Part shown: positions 1 through 14,959 of the stretch, piece after piece
Layout of the letters: each line of letters begins with the position of its first letter
Numbering within the stretch: the first letter of the stretch is position 1
NCBI RefSeq assembly: GCF_009914755.1
Contig: NC_060925.1
Strand: one strand, 5' to 3'
Origin: the human T2T-CHM13v2.0 reference genome, Homo sapiens
Length of the DNA stretch: 64,000 bases
The notes under the pieces: model-generated
The model's database searches: none
What the model saw: the letters and a program-made list of their open reading frames with translations, nothing else
What the model was told of the DNA's origin: nothing
Translations under genes and position numbers: made by a program

Positions 1-203
1 TCTCATCTCTACCAAAAATTAAAATGTTTTAAAAATTGGCCGGGCGTGGTGGTGCATGCCTGTAGTCCCAACTACTTTTAGAAGCTAAGGTGGGAGGATT
101 GCTTGAGCCCAGGAGGTCAAGGTCGATCATGTCACTGCACTTCAGCCTGAGCAGCGGAGGGAGACCCTGTCTCAAACAAACAAAGAAAAGAAAAAAAGAA
201 AAA
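1..203 (+). mobile_element. AluJ-type SINE, cut by window edge, small internal deletion
   Basis: Linker plus right arm (GGAGGATTGCTTGAGCCCAGGAGGTCAAGG...GAGACCCTGTCTC) and A-rich tail. Confidence 0.9.
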
Positions 204-533
204 CCTCTAACTGGAAGAAAACATTCTGACAGAAGATTTGAATCCATATTTTATATTGAACCTACAGCTGAGAAATTACTAATATCCAGAATTTGTAAAG
301 AACTCTTACAACCAATAACAAGAGGATAAAATCTAGTTTTTAAAAATGAACACAAAGCTTCAACAGATTCTTCACAAAAGATTATATGCGAGTTGCCAAC
401 TATCAAATAAAAAGATTCTCAATATTATTAGTCTTCATTAGTCATTAAAAATGTTCAAGCAGTTTAATTTATACTAGCTAAAAACTGAAAATAACCCAAA
501 TACCTACCAACACATAAATGTAGAAACAGATTA

Positions 534-1434
534 CAGATGCTCCTTAACTTACGATGGGATTATGTACCAATAAACCCATTGTAAATGGAAAATATTGTAA
601 GTCTAAAATTCATTTAATACACCTAATCTACTGAACATCACACCTTACCTTAAATGTGCTCAGAACACTTTCATTATACTTTAATTGGGCAAAATCATCC
701 GGCAACACGGTACGCTGTAGAGTATTGGTTGTTTACCTTCATGGTCACATGGCTAACTGGGAGCTGTGGCTCACAGCATCATGAGACAGTATCATACTTC
801 ATATCACCAGCCCAGGAAAAGATTAAAATTAAAAACTCGAAGTACAGTTTTTACTGAATGCATATCACTTTCACACCATCGTAAAGATGAAAACTCATAA
901 GTCAAACTGATGCAAGGCAGGTGACCCCCAAAGTGGGGCTTAGCCCACAAGGGTTCTTTTGCTTCATCCAGGAAAGAATTCAAGGGCTGGATGGTGGAGG
1001 GTGGCAGACAACAGCTTTATTGAAGAGGCAGCGTTACAGCTCCTGCAGTGTTACAGCTCCGTGACTGCTCCTGCAGAGCAGGACTACCCTATAGGCAGAG
1101 AGTAGCAGCTTAGGGTGGTTTTGCAGTCATATTTCTACCTACTTTAATTACATGTAGATCAAGGGGTGGTTTATTGCTAGGGAAATTGCTGGGGAAAGGG
1201 GGGGTAACTTTTGGGTCATCGGGTTATTGCCGTGGAAAGGAACAGTAAGTCCTGGGTGCTGCCATGGCAATGGTAAACTGACATGGCACACTGGTGGGCG
1301 TGTCCTATGGAAAAAGCTGCTTCTGCCCCATCCCTGTTTTAGCTAGCCGTGAATTTGGTCCAGTGTCCAAGCCCCATCTCTGGAGTCAAGTCCCACCTCC
1401 TACCTCAAAATGATCGTAAGTCAGGGACAGTCTG
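534..1434 (+). mobile_element. MER47(B)-like TcMar-Tigger MITE, split by an LTR
   Basis: Starts CAGATGCTCCTTAACTTACGATGG and ends ATCGTAAGTCAGGGACAGTCTG (inverted termini); TA on both sides (532-533, 1435-1436). Confidence 0.85.
908..1407 (-). mobile_element. MER66-like ERV1 solo LTR
   Basis: Minus strand begins TGAGGTAGGAGGTGGGACTTGACTCCA and ends in CA; flanked by AAAC/AAAT (4-bp TSD, one mismatch). Confidence 0.8.
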
Positions 1435-2116
1435 TACAGAATATCCATGCAATAAAATATTACTCAGTAATAACATATATGAATTATTGACACACAAAAG
1501 AGTACAAATAAAGAGTATATACATGAAGAGTATCTAGCTTGAACACAAGAGTATATACTGTGTAATTTTATTTATGTAAAGTTGTAGAAAAGGAAAATTA
1601 CTGTGTAATGGCAGAAAGCAGATTAGTGGTTGCCTGGGATCAGGGCTGGATGGGAGACTAACTGCACACAGATGCAAGCCTGATCCGGGGGCAGTGATTA
1701 CACGATGTCTACTTTTGTCAAAACTAGTCAAACGACTCACTTAAAACTAGTACACTTTACTAAATGAAAATTATTCCTTAATAAAGTTAATTTTTTAAAA
1801 TTATTATTTTGTACCTTAGAAATAAGGAATTGAGTGCTTGCTTGACTGCTATTCCTTTTGCCACCACACTACTACAGACCTCCATCACTTCAAAAATATC
1901 ACAATTTCTCATGGTTTAACACTTCTCATAAGGAATGATGCATTCTCCAATCTTTATACGACTATAAGCACATCTTAAAATCTAAACCAATAAAATGTTA
2001 TTACCACTGAAGATTGAACTGAGTGCCACAACCTCCCAAACTGGGAAACGGATGGCACTGAATGAGTATGGCGTATATTGTGGGGGCATTAATTTTACTC
2101 AAACGTAAGTAATTTA

Positions 2117-2272
<156 letters not shown>

Positions 2273-3062
2273 TTTGTATAGCGTAGTGATCAGTAAATAT
2301 TTAATCAGAGGTTGTGTTCAAGTACATCTCTCCAGAAAGGCTTCCTCTTTGACTGACTGCTTTGTGTAGGGGCTGGGGAACATAGTCAAGTTTCAAGAAG
2401 CTTTCAAGTCTTCCCCAGCCGTAACTTTCTGCCAGGCCCTTTTGGGTCTGCCGTGCATGTGTACATAGGCTCCCAGTCAGCCAGATAAATGTGGAGTGAT
2501 TATGCCTTCTCAGGTTTTCCCTATGATGGTGTACAGCCTTTTATTCAGCCGGGGGTGTGTGGAGAGCATATAGAGCCTCTCTATGGCTCTCTTCACTTCA
2601 AGGCTTTTCCTGTCAAACTTATGGACGGTCCACCAGTGTTTTGCTCACCACAATGGGATGGTAACTTTAGCCTAGCAAAGCTGCAGTCCTTTGTTTCTCA
2701 TTGAATTCAGTGTTTTTATTGGCAGCGCTACTGTGTGAGCTCTTCTTCCTCTGCTTCAAAGAATTACCCACCTCAGTCAGCAAAGCTGCTGGTTTTCACA
2801 GCCAGCCCTGCCCTGGTAGCATTATTGTACTAACTGACCCGGGGAGCAGCCTCTGGCAAGAATTCCCCCATACTCTCACTGTTCCTACCTAAAGTTTGGC
2901 ATTTTTCATAAATAATGCTTCTAAATTTGTTGTTTGCTTTTGGTCAATTTCCAGATCCCTGAAGTGGTAGGGTTTTATTTTTTGCAACTTTGTCCAGTTT
3001 TATAATTGTTTTTTGGGGAAGAGAATTTATCAATTGCTTCAGTTCGCCATCACCAGAATGAC
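2273..3062 (-). mobile_element. Old L1M 5'-region fragment, antisense
   Basis: Resembles reverse-complemented L1MC/MD 5' sequence (GTCAATTTCCAG...TTTGTCCAGTTTTATAATTG...GCCATCACCAGAA); judged by eye. Confidence 0.5.
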
Positions 3063-3145
3063 TTCCTTATTGAGGAAAATTTCAGTTAAACTCAGTTTTT
3101 TTCCAAGATAAATATTGTAAAAGTTCTCAATTTTTATTTGAGGAT

Positions 3146-3973
3146 TGTGGGTTGAATTGTGCTTCTTCCCCAGAATATAAGATATATTGAAGTTCTAAAC
3201 TCTGGTACCTGTAAATATGACCTTATTTGAATATGGTCTTTGCAGTTGTAATCATGTAAAGATGAGGTCATATTGAATTAAAGTGGGCCCTATGCCAGTA
3301 ACTGGTGTCTTTATAAGAAACAGAGAAGGATTTGGGCTGGGTGTGGTGGCTCACGACTACAATCCCAGCACTTTGGGAGGCCGAGGCAGGCAGATCACTT
3401 GAGGTCAGGAATTTGAGACCAGCCTGGCCAACATGGTGAAACCCCCATCTCTAGTAAAAATACAAAAATTAGCCAGGTGTGGTGGTGTGCGCCTGTAGTC
3501 CCAGCTACTCAGGAGGTGGAGAAAGGAGAATCACTTGAACCCAGGAGGCGGAGGTTGCAGTGAGCTGAGATTGCGCCACTGCAATCCAGCCTGAGTGACA
3601 GAGTGAGACTCTGTCACAAAAAAAAGAAAAAAGAAAAAAGGAAAAAGGAAAAGAAAAAGAGGAAGATTTGGACACACAGACACAGACACTGACACTCCCA
3701 GAAGGAAGATGGCCCTGTGAATATGGAGGCAGAAATAGGAGTGATGCAGCCAGCTACAAGCCAAAAAATGCCAATAATTGACAGCAGCCACCAGATGCTA
3801 GAAAACAGCAGAAAGGATTTTTTTCTTGGAGCCTTTAGAGAGGCATGGTCTTGCTGACACCTTGATTTGGGACTTGTAGGTTCTACAACTATGAGATAAT
3901 TAATACATTTCTGTTGTTTGAAGCCACTCAGTTTGTCATACTTTGTTATGGTAAACCTGGAAACTAATATACA
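3146..3973 (+). mobile_element. MLT1C-like ERVL-MaLR LTR, interrupted by an Alu
   Basis: TGTGGGTTGAATTGTG...GACCTTATTTG...GATGAGGTCATA...GCTGACACCTTGATTT...GGAAACTAATATACA. Confidence 0.85.
3335..3650 (+). mobile_element. AluS, full length
   Basis: Dimer with A5TACA5 linker and A-rich tail; degenerate TSD ending GATTTG on both sides. Confidence 0.95.
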
Positions 3974-4572
3974 TGGCAAATAAACAAAAGCAATAGGAAT
4001 GATATTGACTATTTGAGTAACACAATTAACAGGAACTATTTAGTACATTTAGAAAGTGCATTAATCTAGTAGAGAATACATTCTGTGACATACATGTCAC
4101 ATTTGTAAAAATTAACCATACCTATACCATGAGTCAAGTCTCAATGCAATTTCAAAGAACTCGTATCATACAAACAAAAAATTCAACTGGACATTTACTT
4201 TATGGTTGAAGAAATACAAACAGTAAATAAATATCTGATAAATTGTTCAAATTCCTAGTTACCAGATAAATGCAAACTGGAAGGGATTGGGGTACTATCT
4301 TTAGCCTCCTTAAAAGAAAACAGTTATCAGCCAAGAATTTTGTATCCAGCAAAACAAAGCTTCATAAATGAAGGGAAGATACAGTCTTTTTCAGACAAAC
4401 AAATGCTGAGAGAATTCGCTACTACCAAGCCAGCACTATAAGAACTGCTAAAAGGAGCTCTAATCTTAAAACAAATCCTTGAACTATACCAAATAAAACC
4501 TCCTTAAAGCATAAATTTCACAGGACCTATACAATAGCACAAGGAAAAAAAACAACAAGTTATTCAGGTAAC

Positions 4573-7500
4573 ATGGTGAATAGAATAGTACTCACTTCTG
4601 AATACAAATGTTGAATGTAAATGGCCTAAATATTCCAATTAAAAGATACAGAATGGCAGAATGGAAAAGAATTCACCAACCAAGTATCTGCTCTCTTCTC
4701 ACCTAACACACAAGTACTCACATAAACTTCAGGTAAATGGTGGAAAAAGACATTTCATGCAAATGGACACCCAAAGTGAGCAGAAGTTATTCTTATATCA
4801 GACAAAACAGACTTTAAAGCAACAACAGTTAAAAAAAGACAAAAAGGGACATTATATAATGATAAAAGGACTAATCCAATAGAAAAATATGACAATCCTA
4901 AATATATATGCACCTAATACTAGAGGTCCCAAATTTATAAAGCAATTACTACTAGACCTAAGAAATGAGAGAGATGGCAACACAATAATACTGGGGAACT
5001 TCAATACTCCACTGACAACACTAGACAGGTAATCAAAAGAGAAAATCAGCCAAGAAACAATGGACTTAAACTATACACTTCAACAAATGGACCCAAGAGA
5101 TATTTACAGAACATTCTATCCAGCAACTGCAGAATATACATTCTATTCATTCATACATGGAACAGTCTCCAAGATAGACCATATGATAGGCTACAAAACA
5201 AGTCTCGATAAATTTAAGAAAATTGAAATTATATCAAGTACTCTCTCAGACCACAGTGGAAAGAACTGGAAATCAACTCCAAAAGGAACCCTCAAAACAA
5301 TGCAAATACATTAAGTAACCTAGTCCTGAATGATCGCTGGGTCAACAATAAAATCAAGATGGAAATTAAAAAAATTCTTTAAACTGAGCAATAATAGTGA
5401 CAAAACCTATCAAAACCTCTGGGATACAGCAAAAGCAGTGGTGAAAGGAAAGTTCATAGCACTGAATGCCTACATCAAAAAGTCTGAAAGACCACAAGTA
5501 GACAATCTAAGGTCACGCCTCAAGGAACTAAAGAAATAAAAACAAACAAACTCAAACCCAACAGAAGAAAAGAAATAAAGATCATAGCAGAACTAAATGA
5601 AATTGAAACAAAAAATTACAAAAGATAAATGAAACAAAAAGCTGGTTCTTTGAAAAAATAAACAAAATTGATAGATCATTAGTGAGATTAACCAAGAAAA
5701 GAGGAAAGAAGATCCAAATAAGCTCAAATAGAAACAAAACGGAGATATTACAACCAATAGATATACAGAAATATGAAAGATCATTCGAGGCTAATGTGAA
5801 CACCTTTATGTGGACAAACTAGAAAATCTAGTGGAGATGGATAAATTCCTGAAAATATACAACCCTCCTAGATTAAACCAGGAAGAAATAAAAAATCTGA
5901 ACTGACCAATAACGGGCAGTGAGATTGGAATGATAATTTTTTTAAAATGCCAACAAAAAATAGTCCAGGACAAGATGGATTCACAGCTGAATTGTATCAG
6001 GCATTCAAAGAAGAATTGGTACCAATCCTATTGACACTATTCCAAAAGATAGAGAAAAAAGGAATCCTCCCTAAATCATTCTATGAAGCCAGTATCATCT
6101 AATACCAAAACCAGGAAAGGACTTAACAAAAAAAGAAAACTACAGACCAATATCCCTGATGAACATAGATGCAAAAATCCTCAAAAAAATACTAGCTAAC
6201 TGAATCCAACACTGTATCAAACAGATAATCCACTATGATCAGTTGGGTTTTATACCAGGAATACAGAGATGAAATACACTCAAGCCAATAAATGTGATAT
6301 ACCACATAAACAGAGTTAAAAACAAAAATCACATCATCATCTCAACAGATGCCATAAAAAGCATTTGACAATATCGACCATTCATTTATGATTAAAACCC
6401 TCAGCAAAATTGCCATACAAGGGACATACCTTAAGGTAATAAAAGCCATCTATGACAAACCCACAGCCAACATTATACTGAATGGGGAAAAGCTTAAAGC
6501 ATTCCCTCTGACAACCGGAACAAGACAAGGATGCCCACTTTCACCACTTTTATTCAACATAGTACTAGAAGTCCTGGCCAGAGCAACCAAACAAGAGAGA
6601 AATAAAGGGCATCCAAATCAGTAAAGAGGAAGTCAAACTGTTGCTGTTCACCAAAGATATGACTGTATAACTAGAAAACCCTAAAGACTCATCCAGAAAG
6701 CTCCAAAACTGATAAATAAATTCAGTCAAGTTTCAGGATACAAAATTAATGTACACAAATCAGTAGCACTGCTAGACACCAACAGCAACCAAGCTGAGAA
6801 TCAAATTAAGACTCAACCCCTTTTAAAATAGCTGCAAAAAATTAAATAAATAAAATAATTAGGAAAATACCTAATCAAAGGGGTAAAAGACCTCTGCAAG
6901 GAAAACTACAAAACACTACTGAAAGAAAGTATGGATGACACGAACAAATGGAAACACATCCCATGCTCATGGATGGGTAGAATCAACATTGTGAAAATGA
7001 CCATACTGCCAAAAGCAATCAACAAATTCCATGCAACTCCCATCAAAATACTACTATTATTCTTCACAGAATTAGAAAAAAAACAATCCTAAAATACATA
7101 TGGGACAAAAAAAGAGGCCATACAGTCAAAGCAAGACTAAGCAAAAAACAAATCTGGAGGCATCACATTACCCGACTTCAAACTATAAGGCTATAGTCAC
7201 CAAAACAGCATGGTACTGGTATAAAAAGAGGCACATAGATCAGTGAAACAGAAACAGAATTGAGAACCCAGAAATAAAGTCAAATACTTACAGCTAACTG
7301 ATCTTCAACAAAGCAAACAAAAACATAAAGTGGAGAAAGGATATCTTATTCAACAAATGGTGCTGGGATAATTGGCAAGCCACATGTAGAAGAATGAAAC
7401 TGGATCCTCATCTCTCATCTTATTCACAGATCAACTCAAGATGGATCAAAGACTTAAACCTAAGACCTGAAATCACAAAAATTCTGGAAGATAACATTGG

Positions 7501-8199
7501 AAAAACCATTCTAGACATTTGCCTAGGCAAAGACTTCATGACCAAGAACCCGAAAACAAGTAGATGGGACTTAATTAAACTAAAAAGCTTCTGCACAGCA
7601 AAGGAAATAATCAGCAGAGTAAACAGAAACCCATAGAGTGGGAGAAAATCTCCGTAAACTATGCATCCAACAAAAGACCAACATCCAGAATCCACAAGGA
7701 ACTCAGATCAACAAGAAAAAAACAAACAATTCCATCAAAAAGTGGGCTAAGGACATGAATAGACAATTCTCAAAAGAAGATACACAAATGGCCAATAAAC
7801 ATATGAAAAATGCTCAACATTACTAATGATCAGAGAAATGCAAATCAAAACCACAATGTGATACCATGTCACTCCTGCAAGAATGGCCATAATTTAAAAA
7901 TCAAAAAATAATAGATGTTGCTGTGGATGTGGTGAAAAGGGAACATTTTTACATTGCTGGTGAGAATGTAAACTAGTATAACCACTGTGGGAAACAGTGT
8001 GGAGATTCCTTAAACAAGTAAAAGTAGATCTACTATTTGATCCAGCAATCTCAGTACTGGGTATCTGCCCAGAAGAAAAGAAGTCATTATATGAAAAAGA
8101 CACTTGCACATGCATGTTTACAGCAGCACAATTTGCAATTGCAAAAATATGGAACCATCCCAAATGCCCATCAATTAATGAGTGAATAAAGAAAATGTG

Positions 8200-8270
<71 letters not shown>

Positions 8271-8470
8271 AACACATATATACATATACACACAAACACA
8301 TATATATATATATATATACACACACACATATACACAGCCACACACACACACACAAACACACCATGGAATACTATTCAGCCATAAAAAGGAGCAAAATAAT
8401 GGCCTTTGCAACAACCTGTATGGAATTGGAGACCATTATTCTAAGTAAAGTAACTCAAGAATAGAAAACC
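4573..8470 (+). pseudogene. Disabled L1 ORF2 (endonuclease/reverse transcriptase), many stops and frameshifts
   Basis: Collinear short ORF pieces 4661-4882, 5060-5314, 5330-5539, 6388-6624, 7394-7636, 7997-8185 in shifting frames. Confidence 0.88.
8201..8360. repeat. Compound (TA)n/(CA)n microsatellite inside L1PB
   Basis: Long TA run followed by interleaved CA and TA blocks. Confidence 0.97.
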
Positions 8471-8756
8471 AAACATCATATATTCTCACTTCTAAGTGGA
8501 AGCTAAGCTATGAGGACTGAATAAGAATGATACAATGGACTTTGGGGACTTGGGGGAAGGGTAGGAGGGGGTGAGGGATAAAAGACTACACATTGATACA
8601 GTTGTACACTGCTTGGGTAATGGGTGCACCAAAATCTGAGAAATCACCACTAAAGAACTTACCCATGAAACCAAATACCACCTGTTTCCCAAAAACCTAT
8701 TGAAATAAAAAGTAAAAATTAAAAAAATACATGTAATGGAAGTCTAATAAATAGTG

Positions 8757-8763
<7 letters not shown>

Positions 8764-8791
<28 letters not shown>
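8764..8791. repeat. (GA)n microsatellite
   Basis: Uninterrupted AG dinucleotide run. Confidence 0.95.
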
Positions 8792-8794
<3 letters not shown>

Positions 8795-8799
8795 CAAAA

Positions 8800-9920
<1,121 letters not shown>

Positions 9921-10506
9921 AGCAACAAAATATTCTAAGCATGGTACATGTGGGAGAATTTTCTCAGAATATGGTTCTCCCCATCTTCTCTACCCAGCCA
10001 ACTTTGCTTTATTTAATAAAGGTGCTAGAGAAAAGTTGGCCAAAACTTGCAGTAATAGTAAAAATTTAGCTCCTTGGGTTTTTTGTTGTTGTTGTTGTTG
10101 TTATTTAATTTGCTTTTTATTCACAGAAATAATGGAAATTATCCCCCCAGAATGTAAGGAAATTGCATTGGTATGTTCCAGTAATGCATACTGACACATT
10201 TTTAAGAGCAAAATTGACAAATGTCAGTTAAAATTAATTAAAAGTCCATATTGATTAAAATAAGTAAATCCTGTAGAAGAAACTAGATTTTTAAATACAT
10301 GATTTTATTTAAACCATACAATAAACCTAAGAATAAGATAAAATAAACAATCTGAGCTTACCGTCACTTATCAAAGTCATCTAAGTAAATTGTGAGACCC
10401 AGGTTTCAATCAGGGCATCTGACTCCAAAGAGGGTGCTTTCCCCTAGGGAAGGCTGCCTCTCTAATTCTAATTTAATTTTGCACTTGTAAGCACTGTGAA
10501 TATGTC

Positions 10507-10953
10507 TGTTTTAGTCCACTTAGTGTTGCTATAACAAAATACCTGAGGCTGGATAATTTATAAAGAGAAGAGGTTTATTTAGCTCATGATTCTGCAGGCT
10601 GGGTAATTCAAGGGCATGACCCTGGCTTTTGGTGAGGGTTTTCATGCTGCATCATAACATGACAGAGAAGATCAAAGGGGAAGAAGGCCTGTGCAAAGAG
10701 AGGACCAAACAGAAGAAAACTGAATCTGTAACAACTCACTCTGTGGGAACTGATCCATTCCCAAGAGAACTAACCAGTCTCATAAGAGCAAGAACTCACT
10801 CAATACCACTGGAATGGCACCAAACCATTCATGAGGGATCTGCCCCCATGACCCAAACACCTCCCAGTAGGCTGTACCCTTCAATATTGGACTAGGGATC
10901 AATTTTCAACATGAGACCATGAGTTTTGGTGGAGACAAACTTAAATCATAACA
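10507..10953 (-). mobile_element. MST-type (MSTB-like) MaLR solo LTR
   Basis: TGTTTTAGTCC...TGCTATAACAAAATACCTGAGGCTGG...CCATTCATGAGGGATCTGCCCCCATGACCCAAACACCTCCCA; 5-bp TSD ATGTC/ATATC. Confidence 0.85.
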
Positions 10954-11315
10954 ATATCTTAGTATTTCATAAATAAGCATTAACCTATTTTGGCTTGTTT
11001 TTTATAATGTCAACAATTTGAAACTTTCAGTAGTAAAAATGGAATGTAATATTTGTCCAAGTCTTGCATTGTCAATTTGAAGCCCTTTGGTTTCAACCCT
11101 TCGGATTATATATAAAATAACCTTTTAAATTATATTTTTTAAAAAGATAATAAATTATCACAAAGTTGTATTTATTTCAGAATTATAAAATTGTTTAAAA
11201 TTTGAAAATCAAAGTAATTAGCCACTTTAACATAACAGAGAAAAAACATGACTTACAAAAAGCATTTAATAAAACTTAACACTGATTAATGATTAAAAAA
11301 ACACATGCACACATA

Positions 11316-11602
11316 GGCCAGGCACAGTGGCTCATGCCTATAATTCCAGCATTTTGGGAGGCTGAGGCAGAAGGTTCACTTGTGTCCAGGAGTCTGAGAC
11401 CAGTCTGGGCAACGTGCTAGATCCCTGTCTCTACATAAAATTTATAAATTAGCTGGGCATGGTGGCATGCACCTGTCATCCTAGCTTGAGCCCAGGAATT
11501 CAAGACTGCAGTGAGCTATGACAATGCCATTGCACTCCAGCCTGGGTGACAGAGTGGGACCCTGTCTCTAAAATAAATAAACAAATAAAATAAAAAATAA
11601 AA
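11316..11602 (+). mobile_element. AluJ with ~30-bp deletion in right arm
   Basis: CCTGTCATCCTAGCT joins directly to TGAGCCCAGG; A-rich tail. Confidence 0.9.
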
Positions 11603-12404
11603 AGATAGACAAATAGTAGAAAACAAAACTTAATCTGGTGTAGAATATCTACAAAAAAATTACAATGAATGTCATACATATTAAATGTAAAATATTGAAA
11701 GCTTTCATTTCCCTTTTAAAGTAGAAAAAAATGACAAGAATTCCTGCCACAATCAACATTAAATTGGAGGTTATTGAGAGGGCAATAAGTCAAGAAAAAA
11801 ATAAATGGTAAAAAGTTGAAAAAATTAACATATTTTGTAGATGATTTGACTGTATACAGAGAAAATCTTAAAAAGAAATTAACACATACATTATCAGACT
11901 TATTAAACGAATTTAGCAAGGTTATTAGATAAAATATCAGTAAATTAAAATCAATGTATTCTATGTTCTAGCAACAAATAATTAGAAAAATAAAATTTGA
12001 AAAACACATTTATAATAATATCATAAAATTAAATACCTAGAAACAAGCTTAATGAACATGTGCAATATCTTACAGAAAAACAAAACATTACTGAAATTAA
12101 ATAAAATCATATAAATGATAGGATGTATCATGCTTATTGCTTAAAAGAGTAATATTGTAAAGATGTAAATTCTCCTTTCAAATACTTCATAGAAAAATCT
12201 AACTCCAGTGAAAAACCATATTTTGTGGAAATGAAAGAAATTTAATTAACAAGAAAACACAAAGGATCAATATCAGCCATGACAACTTTGAAGAAGAACA
12301 AGATTAGAGAACTAAAACCACCAGACTTACAAATCTACAGTAATTAAGACAGTGTGCTATCAGTGCCAGAACAGATGAACTGAGCAATGGAACAGAATAG
12401 AGTC

Positions 12405-12779
12405 TTCATTAGTCTGTTTTCACACTGCTATAAAGAAATACTTGAGACTGGGTAATTTATTTTATTTTTTTTAAAAAAGAGCTTTAATTGACTCAGTTCC
12501 AGATAGCTGGGGAGACTTCAGGAAACTTATAATCACAGCAGAAGGCAAAGGGGAAGCAAGTCATGTCTTACACGGCAGCAGGCAAGAGAATATGAGCAAA
12601 GGAGAAGTGCCACACTTTTAAACCATCAGATCTTGTGACAACTCACTCACTATTATGAGAACATCCTGGGGGAAGCCACACCCATAATCTAATCACCACC
12701 CACCAGGTCCCTCCTTTGATAGGTGAGGTTTACAATTTGAGATGAGATTTGGGTGGGGACCCAGAGCCAAACCATGTCA
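12405..12779 (-). mobile_element. THE1 (THE1D-like) MaLR solo LTR
   Basis: ATTAGTCTGTTTTCACACTGCTATAAAG...GAGATTTGGGTGGGGACCCAGAGCCAAACCATGTCA; TSD GAGTC/TAGTC. Confidence 0.88.
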
Positions 12780-14959
12780 TAGTCCAAGAACAGACTCCCA
12801 CTTATGTAGACGTGTGACATTCCAGTGCAACGGGGAGGGGGCCCAGATAGGTATCAGCATGGGAAAAAAATAATAATTCTTGACTGTCACCTCACACAAA
12901 ACACAAAAATCAACTTCAGATCTATTTCCTAAATGTAAGAAGTAAAACAATAAATTTTTTAAAATTTAATATAGAAAAGTGTCTGTAGGCTGTGAGGATG
13001 AGCAATGATTTCTTAAATAGGATAGAAAAAGCAATAATTCTAAAGAAGAAAATGGACGAATTAGACCTTATTGACTTTAAGAACTTCTATTCATCAAGAC
13101 ACTCTTAAGCTAGTGAATGAGAAAACCACAGAATGAGAGATGCATATCATACGTATATCCAACAAATAATGGAAATCCAGACTATAAATGAACCCCCAGA
13201 AATCATTAATAAAAATAAAGATATCCAATAGCAAAAAATTTAAACAAGGCATTTCAAAGAGTATATTCATTACCCAATAAAGAAATGAAAAGGCATTCAA
13301 TATCATGCACCAGAAAATGCAAATTAAACCCACAATGAGATACTATTTAACACTCTCCAAAATGATTAACTTTAAAAAAGTAGTATCAAGTGTTAAATAT
13401 TTAGCAATAATGTGGAGGAACAAGCTCTCAGACACTGCTGAAAAGACTATAAATTAATACAACTTAGCAAGACTGTTTGGCAGTATTCACTAAAGTTGAA
13501 CACATATACCCAATGACCGATGCACTTTTAACTGTACACCTTTTAGAGATATGTACATGTGTTCACCAAAGACATACTCACAGCAGCAATATTCATAATA
13601 ACCCCAAAATGGAAATTACCTAAATGCCCATCAATAACAGCATGAATAAGTACATTACGGTATATAATGGAATATCGTACACCAATAAAAATGAAAGAAA
13701 GGCTGCTTGCATAATCCATGGGTGAATCTCACAAACATAATATTAAACAAAATAAGTAATATATGAGAACTATATACTATATGATTCTATTTTATATAAA
13801 GTTCATAAAAACAAAATATGATGCTAAGAATACAAATAAGCTTACATTTTGAATTGATTCTGTTCTGATCCCTTCAAATGTTTATACATGGATAAAGGCA
13901 CAGAAATTGGCCTAACAAAATATTATCCATGATCTTGAAATGTAAACAAGAAGTCAGCTCTTGTGTATCCTCTATTTAACCGTTTGCATGTTTGTGTTTC
14001 CACTTTGGGTTTAGTGTCTAAGGCCAAAGAGTTTTAACATTTTATTTATTTCAAAATAGTACTCCTTATGGAAATACTTGATCTTTCATATATGACTCCA
14101 ATATTTTCTCTTTAGATGACCTCTCCGTCAATGGATGCAATAAACATTAGGTAGAGTTCTTTGCTGTTGTTGACTTGGTGACCGTCTTCCCCCAAATGCA
14201 TGTCTATCCTGTGAACCACTGAATACTGTACCTGTATCCAGCTCAGCCACTCACTGAAGGCTCCTCAGCAGAACTGCTTCTGCTGTCAGAGTGGAAAAAC
14301 AAGAATTGAAGAGTCCCATCCCTCATGGCAATCTTGGAGGAAAAGCTGACAAACTGAGAGAATCACACTAGTTCTCCATCACCAGCAATCCATCTAGTCA
14401 CAGTTCTTGACAACATCTCCCCCTTTAGAAATTTAGAGCCTGCTCTCTACCTGCCATTTCTTTGTCTTTTAAAATCCTTTTGACAACAATGCTTCTTCAA
14501 GAAAGAATATTATGCAATTTTCCTCATTGGTATAATTTCACTAAGTGCATAGGCCCCCTTGATTTTCTATTTCTATAATAATTTTATTCTCTTTCCATTG
14601 ATGACTTTCAGACATAATGAATTAATCTCTCTTTCAATGGGCACAGCCATGATAAACCTCTATAAAACAGATGGTGTGACTTATACTGAAAATGACAGTT
14701 AATTGCTTTTACAATTATGATATTTATTATTAAAAATACATTTTTAAAACATCTGTTAGTACTCTGAGTTGAAGTGTTCCACACAAGATGGAAAATCATT
14801 TTCCAAGGTTACTGCTGAGTTACTTTGCTCTCTTCCTTCATGAAATCTAGACTTCTCAGCATACCCCTTTAGGAGGTGGGTCCTGCCAATTGAGATAGCC
14901 TCGTCTTTCACCTGTACTTTATAGCAAATCAGTGATCCAACCACCACACCTGCCTCATT

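Larger units (their letters stand above)
204..1800 (+). mobile_element. Old L1M (L1MD/ME-like) 3' region, interrupted by MER47 and MER66
   Basis: L1 3' motifs (AATATCCAGAAT...AAAGAACTCTTACAA; GCAGATTAGTGGTTGCCTGGG; AATAAAGTT near 1780) on both sides of the 534-1434 insertion. Confidence 0.65.
4272..8728 (+). mobile_element. L1PB (L1PB1-like), 5'-truncated: end of ORF1, decayed ORF2, 3' UTR, A tail
   Basis: ORF-track fragments translate to L1 ORF2 motifs (DIYRTFYP...[61 protein letters not shown]); L1PB 3' UTR GGGTGAGGGATAAAAGACTACAC...CACCACTAAAGAACTTA. Confidence 0.93.
11150..13830 (+). mobile_element. Highly decayed L1ME-like ORF2/3' segment, interrupted by Alu and THE1
   Basis: Collinear L1 motifs (GAATTTAGCAAGGTT, CTACAGTAATTAAGACAGTGTG, AAATGCAAATTAAACCCACAATGAGATAC, GGGTGAATCTCACAAACATAAT). 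Confidence 0.7.

Noticed and set aside
4661-8464. ORFs with endonuclease/reverse-transcriptase-like motifs as an active or novel RT system
   Set aside because: Fragments of a decayed L1PB ORF2 with many stops and frameshifts.
7894-8464. Cys/Val/Tyr/Ile- or His/Thr-rich ORFs
   Set aside because: Translations of the TA/CA microsatellite.
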